Part shown: one piece after another, positions 50,628 to 59,408 of the stretch
Layout: each line of letters opens with the position of its first letter
Position numbering within the stretch: the stretch's first letter is position 1
Assembly (NCBI GenBank): GCA_049903315.1
Contig: JBNGBT010000006.1
Coordinates: 64,001-128,000 of the forward strand
Reading direction: 5' to 3'
From: Candidatus Cloacimonadota bacterium
GTDB taxonomy: Bacteria; Cloacimonadota; Cloacimonadia; JGIOTU-2
DNA length: 64,000 nt
The notes under the pieces: model-generated
The model's database searches: none
Seen by the model: the letters and a program-made list of their open reading frames with translations, nothing else
Told to the model about the DNA's origin: nothing
Translations under genes and position numbers: made by a program

Positions 50628-52859
50628 TTAATATCCTAATCTATCAAGATCGTTTTCGTTGATGAGTACTTTTCTGGGTTTGCTTCCCTCTGCATCCTGG
50701 ACAAAACCTGCTCGCTGCATCTGGTCAATGAGTCTTCCTGCACGCGCATAACCGATCCTGAATTTTCTCTGCATCATAGAAATGGAAGCATATTTTTTCT
50801 CGACGGCATAACGAACCGCCTGCGGGAAAAGATCGTCATCATACGCGAAATCTTCATCATCATCTCTCTCTGTAGGAAGTTTGAGGTCCATGTCCGGTTT
50901 CGGAAATTGTGAAAGATAATCGACCAGCTTCTTTGCTTCTTCTGTGCCCACGTAGGAGCCATGAACCCGGATCGGAGGTTTTCTGCCAAGTGGGGAGAAC
51001 AGCATATCACCATTGCCAAGCAGTTTCTCGGCACCATTCAAATCAAGGATCGTTCTTGAGTCTGTTTTTGATGAAACATGGAAGGAAATTCGGGAGGGGA
51101 AGTTTGCTTTTATCACGCCGTTGATCACATTTACAGATGGTCTCTGCGTCGCAAAGATAAGATAAATACCAACTGCGCGTGCCATACCTGCAAGGCGCTG
51201 GATCGGGCGCTCGATGTCCTTTGCCATCTTCTGCATAAGGTCTGCAAGCTCATCCACGACAATGACGAGATAGGGCAAGGTCTGAGGAAGCTCTTCCTGG
51301 TCCGGGAGTTCTTCCGCTTTCAACTTTTCTTGTTCCTTTTTCTTTGCGATACACATTTCATTGTAACTTGCAAGATCGCGCACATGATATTTTGCCAGCG
51401 CATCGTAGCGGCGTTCCATCTCATTCACAGCCCAATTAAGAAGATAGACCACATCTTCAAAATCCGTAATGACTTCTTTCACGAGATGGGGGACTTTTTT
51501 ATAGAGTGAAAGTTCAATTTTCTTAGGATCAAAAAGGATAAGGCGAACCTGATCCGGATGCGCTCTGTATAGAATTGAGTTCAGAATTGAATTAAGACAC
51601 ACGCTTTTTCCCGAGCCCGTTTCTCCTGCAATGAGAAGATGTCTGAGATCTTTCAGGTCAGTAACAATGGGCTTGCCGGTAATATCTTTGCCGAGTGCGA
51701 TCAGCGTTGGAGAAGGATCATTTTTCATCTCATCGGAATCGAGTACTTCTTTCAGATATATAAATTCCGACTTATTATTTGGTATCTCAAATCCGATAGT
51801 GTCTTTGCCGGGAATGGGAGCAACAATGCGAATGCTCTTTGCCTTCAGGGCAAGTGCAAGATCGTCTGCAAGAGCAGTATATTTGCTGATCTTTGTGCCC
51901 GGTGCGGGACGCAGCTCATATTGCGTGATGACCGGTCCGATGTTGACATTCACCACATCGCCTTCAATATCAAATTCTTTCAGTTTTGACTGAAGGAGCT
52001 TGCTTTTTTCATCGATCTCTTTCCTCTTTTCTTCCAAGGCATGCTTGGTCATAGAAGGAGAGTCCTGAAGTATTTTATGATAATCGGGCAACGGGTATGA
52101 GCTATCCTCGTCATCAGGAACTTTTGGGGTTTTTGTGATAATCGGTTCGGTTTTCTGTTTTTTATCTTTTTTCTTTTTTTCTTTTTTTACTTTTTGAACG
52201 GGGGGTTCAATCACTTCTTGCTCTTTGTATGAGATTACGGGTTCTGTCTTTCGTTCCTTCCTGGGCTTTGATTCAGGTTTCGGTTTGCGCTCCCTTCGGG
52301 AAAAAAGTGATGTGAAGAAGTTCAAAATTGTTCGCGCTTCGAATATGAAAATAATCGTTCCAAAAAGTGCCAGTCCGAGTATGATGGCAGAACCAACGCT
52401 GTTGAAGATAGGGTAGAATATCTTATCAATAATGAAAGTGAAAACAATTCCTCGGCAGATGGGAAATGCTCCTCCTACAGAAAGATAGAACAGGGTCAGC
52501 CACACGAAAAAGAGAAAAATGAAGAAGAGTTTGCGGGTCAGCTTTTCAATTTTGGAGCCGAAAATAAAAAGGATGCCGGTAATGAAAAGGAATACTGAAA
52601 GGAAAAAACTGAATGGTTCGCTGAAAATGATCTGGAATACCCACGCCAAACCTGCACCGAATGGACCGATCATGTTTCTTGTGTAGGGGAAATCAAGCGA
52701 GATGATCTTCCTGAAAGAGAGCTCCGCCTGTTTGAGGGTTACAATGTCATCGTAGGTGAATGAGAGCAGTGAAAAGAACAGCAAAGCGCCAAGTGCAATG
52801 AGTATAAAACCGAGTATCAGTTTCGATTTTGGTTTCTTTTCTTTATCTTTGTTTTTCAT
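50628..52859 (-). CDS. ftsK: DNA translocase FtsK
   Basis: 4TM N-terminus, HLLIAGETGSGKS, DELADL, ATQRPS, gamma domain RIGYARAGRLID. Confidence 0.95.
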   Translation of the reverse strand: MKNKDKEKKPKSKLILGFILIALGALLFFSLLSFTYDDIVTLKQAELSFRKIISLDFPYTRNMIGPFGAGLAWVFQIIFSEPFSFFLSVFLFITGILFIFGSKIEKLTRKLFFIFLFFVWLTLFYLSVGGAFPICRGIVFTFIIDKIFYPIFNSVGSAIILGLALFGTIIFIFEARTILNFFTSLFSRRERKPKPESKPRKERKTEPVISYKEQEVIEPPVQKVKKEKKKKDKKQKTEPIITKTPKVPDDEDSSYPLPDYHKILQDSPSMTKHALEEKRKEIDEKSKLLQSKLKEFDIEGDVVNVNIGPVITQYELRPAPGTKISKYTALADDLALALKAKSIRIVAPIPGKDTIGFEIPNNKSEFIYLKEVLDSDEMKNDPSPTLIALGKDITGKPIVTDLKDLRHLLIAGETGSGKSVCLNSILNSILYRAHPDQVRLILFDPKKIELSLYKKVPHLVKEVITDFEDVVYLLNWAVNEMERRYDALAKYHVRDLASYNEMCIAKKKEQEKLKAEELPDQEELPQTLPYLVIVVDELADLMQKMAKDIERPIQRLAGMARAVGIYLIFATQRPSVNVINGVIKANFPSRISFHVSSKTDSRTILDLNGAEKLLGNGDMLFSPLGRKPPIRVHGSYVGTEEAKKLVDYLSQFPKPDMDLKLPTERDDDEDFAYDDDLFPQAVRYAVEKKYASISMMQRKFRIGYARAGRLIDQMQRAGFVQDAEGSKPRKVLINENDLDRLGY

Positions 52860-52864
52860 AATTT

Positions 52865-53929
52865 TTAGTTGTGGCGAATGCAAATGATATCGCCGTCCTG
52901 AACTATATATTCTTTTCCTTCAAGATGAAATTTTCCGCATGCTTTCAGTGCTTTTTCCGAACCGCATTCTTTGAAATCATCATAGGTGAAACGCTCTGCG
53001 CGAATAAAACCATGCGCAAGATCAGTGTGAATTTCTGCCGCAGCATCAAGCGCAGTTTCTCCTTTTCTCAGCGTCCATGCCCGGACTTCATCAGTGCCGA
53101 TCGTGAAGAAGCTGATCAAGCCCAAAGTGTCATAAGAGATTCTTGTCAATTTATTTACTGCGGACTCTTTGATGTCGTATTCTTCCATGAATTCGAGTGC
53201 TTCTGCTTCATCAAGCTGAAGAAGTTCCATTTCAAATTTACCTGCGATCTCAACAACTTTGTATCTGCCTGCAAGCTTGTCTTTGAGCTCTTGATTTTTC
53301 CCGAAATTATCCTCGTCCATATTGAGTATTATGAACATTGGCTTGAGGGTGAGAAACTGAAATCCGCGAAGAATTTTTTCTTCATATGATGAAAATTCCA
53401 ATGTTTTGAGCATCTTGTTTTCGCTGAGACAATCATAACATTTTTGAAAGAGGTGCAGCTCCTTTTCAGTGTCCGGATTTTTGCCGCCTTTTGTGTATTG
53501 TTTGCCAAGGGTTTCCACTTTTTTCTCACATATTGCAAGGTCGGAAAAGAGGAATTCTGTTTCCAGGGTTTCAATATCCTGTTCGGGTTGAGCAGGGGAG
53601 CCGGGCACATCAAAACCGCGAATGACCAATCCGAGAGCATTTACCATACGGATGATGCTGAGCAGTTCGCCGGAAAAGATTTCTTTCTTTATCTCATCGT
53701 GATGTATGCCCACGAAATCCATATATTCAATTGTTGCAAAGATCGTTTTATGGGGATTGTATATTCCTGCAAGATAATCGATGCGTTCATCAGCCACTTC
53801 CACGATTGCGAGGTTTGGTTTTGTTGCTCCGGAATAGTAATCCGAAGTATCTGCCTCACTGCCTGTTACCGCATTGAAGATAGTGGTTTTGCCACTTTTT
53901 GGAAGACCAACCAATCCGATTTTTATCAT
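52865..53929 (-). CDS. ychF: Obg-family ATPase YchF
   Basis: GLPKSGKTT, EVRAWT, IHTDLAHGFIRAE, LEGKEYIVQDGD. Confidence 0.9.
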   Translation of the reverse strand: MIKIGLVGLPKSGKTTIFNAVTGSEADTSDYYSGATKPNLAIVEVADERIDYLAGIYNPHKTIFATIEYMDFVGIHHDEIKKEIFSGELLSIIRMVNALGLVIRGFDVPGSPAQPEQDIETLETEFLFSDLAICEKKVETLGKQYTKGGKNPDTEKELHLFQKCYDCLSENKMLKTLEFSSYEEKILRGFQFLTLKPMFIILNMDEDNFGKNQELKDKLAGRYKVVEIAGKFEMELLQLDEAEALEFMEEYDIKESAVNKLTRISYDTLGLISFFTIGTDEVRAWTLRKGETALDAAAEIHTDLAHGFIRAERFTYDDFKECGSEKALKACGKFHLEGKEYIVQDGDIICIRHN

Positions 53930-54063
53930 GGCATAACTTTCCTAAAGTAGTATATATTCGTCAATTATTATTGAAAATCAATTAACTGTTAAATATTTTA
54001 TCAATATGATAAATTATCAATGAAGATAATCTAAATGTAATACTATAAATTATGAGTCAGATT

Positions 54064-55152
54064 TTAATTGATGAAATCAAATTTCCTTCTCAAGTGATTC
54101 ATTTGTTTATATTCAATTAAGTTTTCTCTCTGCAATCTTCCAACAATGATTCCAGGGCAAAGATTAATTTTGTCTGCTAAGTCCAGAATAGATTTTTCAG
54201 TAAATTTTGCAGATGTAATAAATTTTTTCCATAATTTAATAGGAATTAAAAAATTGCTAGCAGAAATATCTGCCTCTAATTCTTTTCGGTTATCACTAGT
54301 TGATTTTGTTTCAATAAATATATCGCTTTTTCCATGAAGTAGTATATGTGCTGCTTCATGAAAGAACGTGAACCAGAAATAATCCTCATATTTCCTGTAA
54401 AGAGATAGTTGGATCATAGCTTTTTTCGGATTTATCCATTTTGTAATACCATACACAGGTAAACCTGTTAAGCGTTGAATAAAGATTAATGCAACACCAG
54501 CTTTAGCACATTGCTCAACCATGATATTCTCAAAAAATTCGGGCTCTGTAGTTGTTAAATCTCTTATAGATTTTAGTGATTGAATGAATTGTCTTCTGTC
54601 ATAAGTAGCACAGGATATTTCTTGTGCTTCTAATTCTCCCTTTCTTAACCAAACTGAATTAGCTTCTGGTTTTTTTGAAAATGCGCGTGATTCTTTATAC
54701 GATACATTAGGAGACATCCATACTTTTGACCAATCATCTGGTGAGGATATACCAAAAAAATTTAATAGTTCTGACAGCTGTTCAACATCATTTTCTTTTT
54801 TCTCAATCCATTTTAATTTTATGACTTCATTAATTGGAAATTTTTTTAACCAATCTATATGCTTTGATAACTTCTCTTTTTCTTTTTCATAAGCCCAAAA
54901 TTCATCATATCGTTTTTGTCTATTATTCCAGAATGAAGAAGGCACTCCTAGAACTCTTTCTAACTGAATTGCAGTTTCAGGTGTGATCGAGATTTTACCT
55001 TTGATTATCTCATTTATTTTATTTATTGGACGACCCATCCTATGGGCTAAGCTTGTTTGTGTCCATCCTTTTTCTTCAAGCAAATCTAATATTGTTAAGC
55101 CGGGCTTGCTAATAGTAGAAGGCTTATATTCATTTTTTATATCATTTGCCAT
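54064..55152 (-). CDS. higA: HigA-type antitoxin with ImmA/IrrE (M78) metallopeptidase domain
   Basis: PG...WTQ..LA.RMG HTH; FWFTFFHEAAHILLH (HExxH). Confidence 0.85.
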   Translation of the reverse strand: MANDIKNEYKPSTISKPGLTILDLLEEKGWTQTSLAHRMGRPINKINEIIKGKISITPETAIQLERVLGVPSSFWNNRQKRYDEFWAYEKEKEKLSKHIDWLKKFPINEVIKLKWIEKKENDVEQLSELLNFFGISSPDDWSKVWMSPNVSYKESRAFSKKPEANSVWLRKGELEAQEISCATYDRRQFIQSLKSIRDLTTTEPEFFENIMVEQCAKAGVALIFIQRLTGLPVYGITKWINPKKAMIQLSLYRKYEDYFWFTFFHEAAHILLHGKSDIFIETKSTSDNRKELEADISASNFLIPIKLWKKFITSAKFTEKSILDLADKINLCPGIIVGRLQRENLIEYKQMNHLRRKFDFIN

Positions 55153-55447
55153 GATAATCTCCGATTTCAACGATCTTAATTATATTTATTTTACTTAAAT
55201 CTAACCATCCGTCTTTTGATACAGGCAAAGGATCAGCAATTGGCTCCATTACTAACCTTTTAGGATTATCCAAATCCATCGCCCATTGTCCTTTTCTATT
55301 TTCTTTTAAGGGATGAAGCCGTCCTGGTAAGTATTTCATGATTTCCATGTTATCACAGTCTCGAATATCATCTAATCTTCTTTGTAGTTTACCAGTTGCG
55401 TTATTACATAGCTTCTTCACTTTTGAGTTTCCGAAAATAATTTCCAT
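55142..55447 (-). CDS. higB: HigB/RelE-like toxin
   Basis: 101 aa upstream of and overlapping higA; PGRLHPLKENRKGQWAMDL..PKRL. Confidence 0.8.
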   Translation of the reverse strand: MEIIFGNSKVKKLCNNATGKLQRRLDDIRDCDNMEIMKYLPGRLHPLKENRKGQWAMDLDNPKRLVMEPIADPLPVSKDGWLDLSKINIIKIVEIGDYHGK

Positions 55448-55452
55448 TTTTA

Positions 55453-55496
55453 TTAACCCTTGGGGTAAAAGATATTTTATATAAATATTATGTCAA
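55453..55496 (-). promoter_or_regulatory. Putative higBA promoter with operator palindrome
   Basis: TTGACA (55496-55491), 16-nt spacer, TATCTT, then the near-palindrome TTAACCC-TT-GGGGTAA (55453-55468) just before the ATG. Confidence 0.5.
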
Positions 55497-55609
55497 ATAA
55501 AATCTTATTTATTTAATAGCGTTTAACAAAAAAAATCATATAATCATATTTCTTGACGAACAATACTCATGATTTTCTAAGTTTTACAAGATCTTTCAGG
55601 AGGTACAAC

Positions 55610-56422
55610 GTGCTGAAAACTAAATATATTAAGACGCTTGAGATACTCACCTCGCTCTTGATTTTAATCACCTTCATCGTTTCGCTCTACAGTATTCTGA
55701 ATATACATATATACAAACCATTTACACCGACTTCGTTTTTTCCCGGGGTTCTGAGCCAGGATGTAGTGTCATTAGTTGTTTCCGTTCTGCTTCTGATAGT
55801 GCTGGTGAAACTCCGCAATTCATCGGAAAAAATATATCTTGTATGGATAGCCCTGATCGGTTACCTTCTTTATGCATACGGCATATATGCTTTTGACAGA
55901 GTGTATTCTATGTTCTTCCTGTGCTATGTCGCGATCTTTGGTTTATCTTTGTTCAGTTTGATCATATTTTTCAGCTCCATCGATTTGGATTATTTTATTG
56001 AAATACGGACCGAGCATATTCCCAAAAAGTCTATAGCAGTTTTTCTGCTGCTACTGGCAATTCTGTTTATTTTTTCATGGATGAAGATTATTATTCCGGC
56101 AATGACATATCACATTCAACCTGACGGGAATTCGATTTTTGTGTTCGATCTCTCATTTTTCATTCCCCTGCTCATCATTACAGGGATCGCGCTGTTCCGG
56201 AATAAAAAATTGGGTTATCTACTTTCGGGAATTCTTCTGATGAAAATGGGATTTCTCGGGTTTTCAGTATTACTCGGCACGCTTATTGCACCATATTTTG
56301 GATTACCTTTTTCTATCTTTGAAGTTGTGTTGTATGCAATCCTGGGAGTAGGAAGTTTTGTTTTTGCGATCATTTATATCAATGCCCTGCGTTCCGATTG
56401 GGATTTGGAGTTGAAGGACTGA
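55610..56422 (+). CDS. Hypothetical polytopic membrane protein
   Basis: AGGAGG RBS then GTG 55610; about 8 hydrophobic segments. Confidence 0.7.
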   Translation: MLKTKYIKTLEILTSLLILITFIVSLYSILNIHIYKPFTPTSFFPGVLSQDVVSLVVSVLLLIVLVKLRNSSEKIYLVWIALIGYLLYAYGIYAFDRVYSMFFLCYVAIFGLSLFSLIIFFSSIDLDYFIEIRTEHIPKKSIAVFLLLLAILFIFSWMKIIIPAMTYHIQPDGNSIFVFDLSFFIPLLIITGIALFRNKKLGYLLSGILLMKMGFLGFSVLLGTLIAPYFGLPFSIFEVVLYAILGVGSFVFAIIYINALRSDWDLELKD

Positions 56423-56553
56423 GATGAGCAAAAATACCCGGGTACTTCTCTTTGATTTTGAGACATCCCCGGATTTTTTCTGGATTGTAAATTATTTTAT
56501 TAGCACGGGTTAGATAAGAATATTCATTTTATTCAACGATAGAAAAAGGTGAT

Positions 56554-57246
56554 ATGATGAAAAGCAAAAAATTAGTTATTATACTAACGATTTTATTTCT
56601 TAGTTCAATCTATTTATTAGCCGAAACAGACGAGGCAAGAGTATACACCGATATGGGGATTTGTTTTGCCAAAAAGGAAAACTATGACAAAGCAATTGAA
56701 TGTTATCAGAAAGCGATAGAGATAGATCCTAATAATGCAAATACATACTATAATATGGGGGTTTCTTATGACAATAAGGAAAATTATGACAAAGCAATTG
56801 AATGTTATCAGAAAGCGATAGAGATAGATCCAAATGATGTAGAATCATACTACAATATGGGGAATGCTTATAATGATAAAGAAAACTATGACAAAGAAAT
56901 TGAATGTTATCAGAAAGCTATAGAGATTGATCCAAATAATGTAGAATCATACTACAATATGGGGAATGCTTATAATTATAAAGAAAACTATGATAAAGCG
57001 ATAGTATACTACGAGAGAGCAATTGAGATAGATCCAGGTTATGCACTGGCATACTACAATATAGGGATTACTTACTATCTTATATTTTGTGATATATCAG
57101 CAGCCGATAATCTCTATCAGGCAGGTTTGTTATATTTAGAACAAAATAATAGGCAGTTGGCTCTTAAGACCTTAGATGTAATGAAGGATTTCGTTCCAGA
57201 TTCACCACTAATTCAAAAACTAATGGATAAGCTAAATGAGGAATAA
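56554..57246 (+). CDS. Exported tetratricopeptide-repeat protein
   Basis: Signal peptide; four 34-aa repeats of the form KENYDKAIECYQKAIEIDP. Confidence 0.9.
   Translation: MMKSKKLVIILTILFLSSIYLLAETDEARVYTDMGICFAKKENYDKAIECYQKAIEIDPNNANTYYNMGVSYDNKENYDKAIECYQKAIEIDPNDVESYYNMGNAYNDKENYDKEIECYQKAIEIDPNNVESYYNMGNAYNYKENYDKAIVYYERAIEIDPGYALAYYNIGITYYLIFCDISAADNLYQAGLLYLEQNNRQLALKTLDVMKDFVPDSPLIQKLMDKLNEE
56674..57065 (+). repeat. 102-bp tandem coding repeats (TPR units)
   Basis: Units begin at 56674, 56776, 56878 and 56980; the first three are very similar at DNA level. Confidence 0.8.
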
Positions 57247-57448
57247 TTAAAATTTATTGGGATGTTTTACTAAACATTGTGTGTGAGTGAGAAAATATTC
57301 AAAGGAAAATTTGACGGCAAATAATTAATTATCAAATAATAATTCCGCTGTTGTTGGAAATTACTGCTGCTCTATTAAATTTTGGTATGGATTTAAAAGT
57401 ATGGAAAACAAATTAACTCGCAACAAAACCTATGAAAGGTGGGGTAAA

Positions 57449-58450
57449 ATGAAAACAATATTAATAGTTTTACTAACGATTTTACTGTTAGTGACATTTT
57501 CATGCAAAAACTCAACTAATCCAGGAGACACAACACCACCAACAGTTGAAATAACAAATCCAGCTAACAACTCAGAATTTGGCCAAGGAGAAATTGTAAT
57601 AATTGAAGCAGAAGCTAATGATAATAAGGGTATTGAGAAGGTTGAATTCTATATTGATGACACAAAGATATCGACAGATATAACTGAACCTTACCAATAT
57701 GAATGGGATACAGGAATAGTAAAGGGTGTTAATTATACTATTTATGCAAGGGCATTCGATACTTCTGACAACAGTACTAACTCTGCATCAATTATTGTTA
57801 TTGTTAATGAAAATTCCGGCACAGTAACCGATATCGATGGTAATGTCTATCAGACATTAGTTATTGGCGACCAGGAATGGATGGTCGAAAACCTAAAAGT
57901 AACCCATTACAGAAATGGTGATCCGATTCCTCATGTTACAGATAGTAGCCAATGGGTTAATTTAACAACTGGTGCATATTGTGTGTATGATAATGATCCT
58001 TCAAATGATGATACTTATGGCAACCTCTATAACTGGTATGCAGTGGATGATGCAAGAGGACTTGCACCAGCGGGATGGCACGTGCCGACTGATGATGAAA
58101 TTAAGGAATTGGAGATGTATCTCGGAATGACACAAGCACAAGCAGAAAGTACAGGATATCGTGGTACCAACGAAGGCAGCAAGCTTGCTGGTGGATACGA
58201 TTTATGGTATAATGATGATTTGAGAAATGATCCTGAATTTGACACAAGTGGTTTCTGCTTCCTTCCCGGCGGTTACCGCTACGGCGGTGGTTACTTCGGC
58301 GGTATGGGTGGCTACGGCTACTTCTGGTCGTATACAGTGTACTATAGTACCAGCGCTTGGGGCCGGTACTTGTGCTATGATTTAGCGACGGTGACCCGGG
58401 GCGCCAACGGTAAGCGCTATGGCTTTTCAGTGCGTTGTGTCAGGGATTAG
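57449..58450 (+). CDS. Lipoprotein with Ig-like domain and FISUMP (Fib_succ_major) domain
   Basis: Lipobox VTFSC; DTTPPTVEITNP...KVEFYID Ig domain; TVTDIDGNVY...IGDQEWMVENLK, YGNLYNW, GWHVPT, GFSVRCVRD. Confidence 0.88.
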   Translation: MKTILIVLLTILLLVTFSCKNSTNPGDTTPPTVEITNPANNSEFGQGEIVIIEAEANDNKGIEKVEFYIDDTKISTDITEPYQYEWDTGIVKGVNYTIYARAFDTSDNSTNSASIIVIVNENSGTVTDIDGNVYQTLVIGDQEWMVENLKVTHYRNGDPIPHVTDSSQWVNLTTGAYCVYDNDPSNDDTYGNLYNWYAVDDARGLAPAGWHVPTDDEIKELEMYLGMTQAQAESTGYRGTNEGSKLAGGYDLWYNDDLRNDPEFDTSGFCFLPGGYRYGGGYFGGMGGYGYFWSYTVYYSTSAWGRYLCYDLATVTRGANGKRYGFSVRCVRD

Positions 58451-58460
58451 AATTTTGACT

Positions 58461-58490
58461 ATCCGCCAGTGGGCGGACGAGCAAAGCTCG
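58461..58490. repeat. REP-like 18-bp palindrome, copy 2, plus adjoining hairpin
   Basis: ATCCGCCAGTGGGCGGAC (58461-58478) then CGAGC-AAA-GCTCG; flanked by TTTGACTAT-like direct repeats. Confidence 0.6.
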
Positions 58491-58521
58491 TTTGTCTATT
58501 TGACTATTAAATTTGGAGTAA

Positions 58522-58656
58522 ATCGATTGTGTCGATTTAACTAATTTAGAAGTGGGTAAGCATTCCATTAACGAATTATCATCAGGAATATATTTTACAA
58601 GAATGAGTGTTGATGGAGTTGATAAAGAAGTTAAGAAAGTGATATTATTGAGATAG
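58522..58656 (+). pseudogene. Orphan T9SS C-terminal-domain fragment
   Basis: Reads ...NLEVGKHSINELSSGIYFTRMSVDGVDKEVKKVILLR*; in-frame stop at 58519. Confidence 0.6.
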
Positions 58657-58755
58657 AAAACCCAGGAAAGGCGTTATAGAATAGCAGATACAGCCATCCC
58701 CTAACCCGAGTCGGTTACAGAGAAATTTCTCGTATTCAGATTTGCACTATTTCAT

Positions 58756-58787
58756 AAAAAACCCGCCGAGTAATCTCAGCGGGTTTT
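58756..58787 (-). terminator. Rho-independent terminator after rubrerythrin (possibly bidirectional)
   Basis: Minus strand AAAACCCGCTGAG-ATTA-CTCGGCGGGTTTTTT. Confidence 0.7.
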
Positions 58788-58810
58788 ATAAATCAGAGAG
58801 AGTTAGAATA

Positions 58811-59386
58811 TTACCAATTTTCACATTTTACTTCGAAGTACGCTTTCGGGTGTGCACATGCAGGGCATTTTTCCGGTGGCTCTGTGCCTTCATGCACATA
58901 ACCGCAGTTACGGCATTTCCACTTAACCACTTTGTCCTTTTTGAACACAGTTCCATTCTCGATATTTTTCAGCAGTCCGAGAAAACGTTTCTCATGTTGA
59001 ATTTCTGCTTTGCCTATATGGCGGAACGCGCCTGCAATTTCCTTGAATCCTTCTTCATCAGCGATTTTTGCAAATCCAGGATACATAATAGTATGCTCGT
59101 AATGCTCACCTGCTGCAGATTCCGTAAGATTTTCTACAGTCGTGCCGATCTTGCCTGCAGGATATGCAGCGGTTATCTCGACTTCGCCGCCTTCGAGAAA
59201 TTTGAATAATCTTTTGGCATGTTCTTTTTCGTTGAGAGCAGTTTCTTCAAACACTCCAAATATCTGCTCATAACCCTCTTTTTTTGCTTGTTTTGCAAAG
59301 AAATCATAGCGGTTACGCGCCTGGGATTCACCCGCAAAAGCAATTAAGAGATTTTTTTCTGTTTTAGAACCTTTGAGTTCTTTCAT
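58811..59386 (-). CDS. rbr: Rubrerythrin
   Basis: AFAGESQARNRY, NEKEHA, EIQHE, C-terminal CRNCG...CPAC. Confidence 0.95.
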   Translation of the reverse strand: MKELKGSKTEKNLLIAFAGESQARNRYDFFAKQAKKEGYEQIFGVFEETALNEKEHAKRLFKFLEGGEVEITAAYPAGKIGTTVENLTESAAGEHYEHTIMYPGFAKIADEEGFKEIAGAFRHIGKAEIQHEKRFLGLLKNIENGTVFKKDKVVKWKCRNCGYVHEGTEPPEKCPACAHPKAYFEVKCENW

Positions 59387-59408
59387 ATATGACTCCTTAA
59401 ATATTTAT

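Noticed and set aside
56430..56480. Imperfect hairpin after the membrane-protein gene
   Set aside because: Too many mismatches to call a terminator or repeat.
56674..57065. Tandem repeats as a CRISPR array
   Set aside because: In-frame 102-bp coding TPR units with no unique spacers and no cas genes.
57247..58810. Complete DGR cassette in the window
   Set aside because: No reverse transcriptase, intact Avd or AAC-rich template repeat was seen; only a target-like region is supported.
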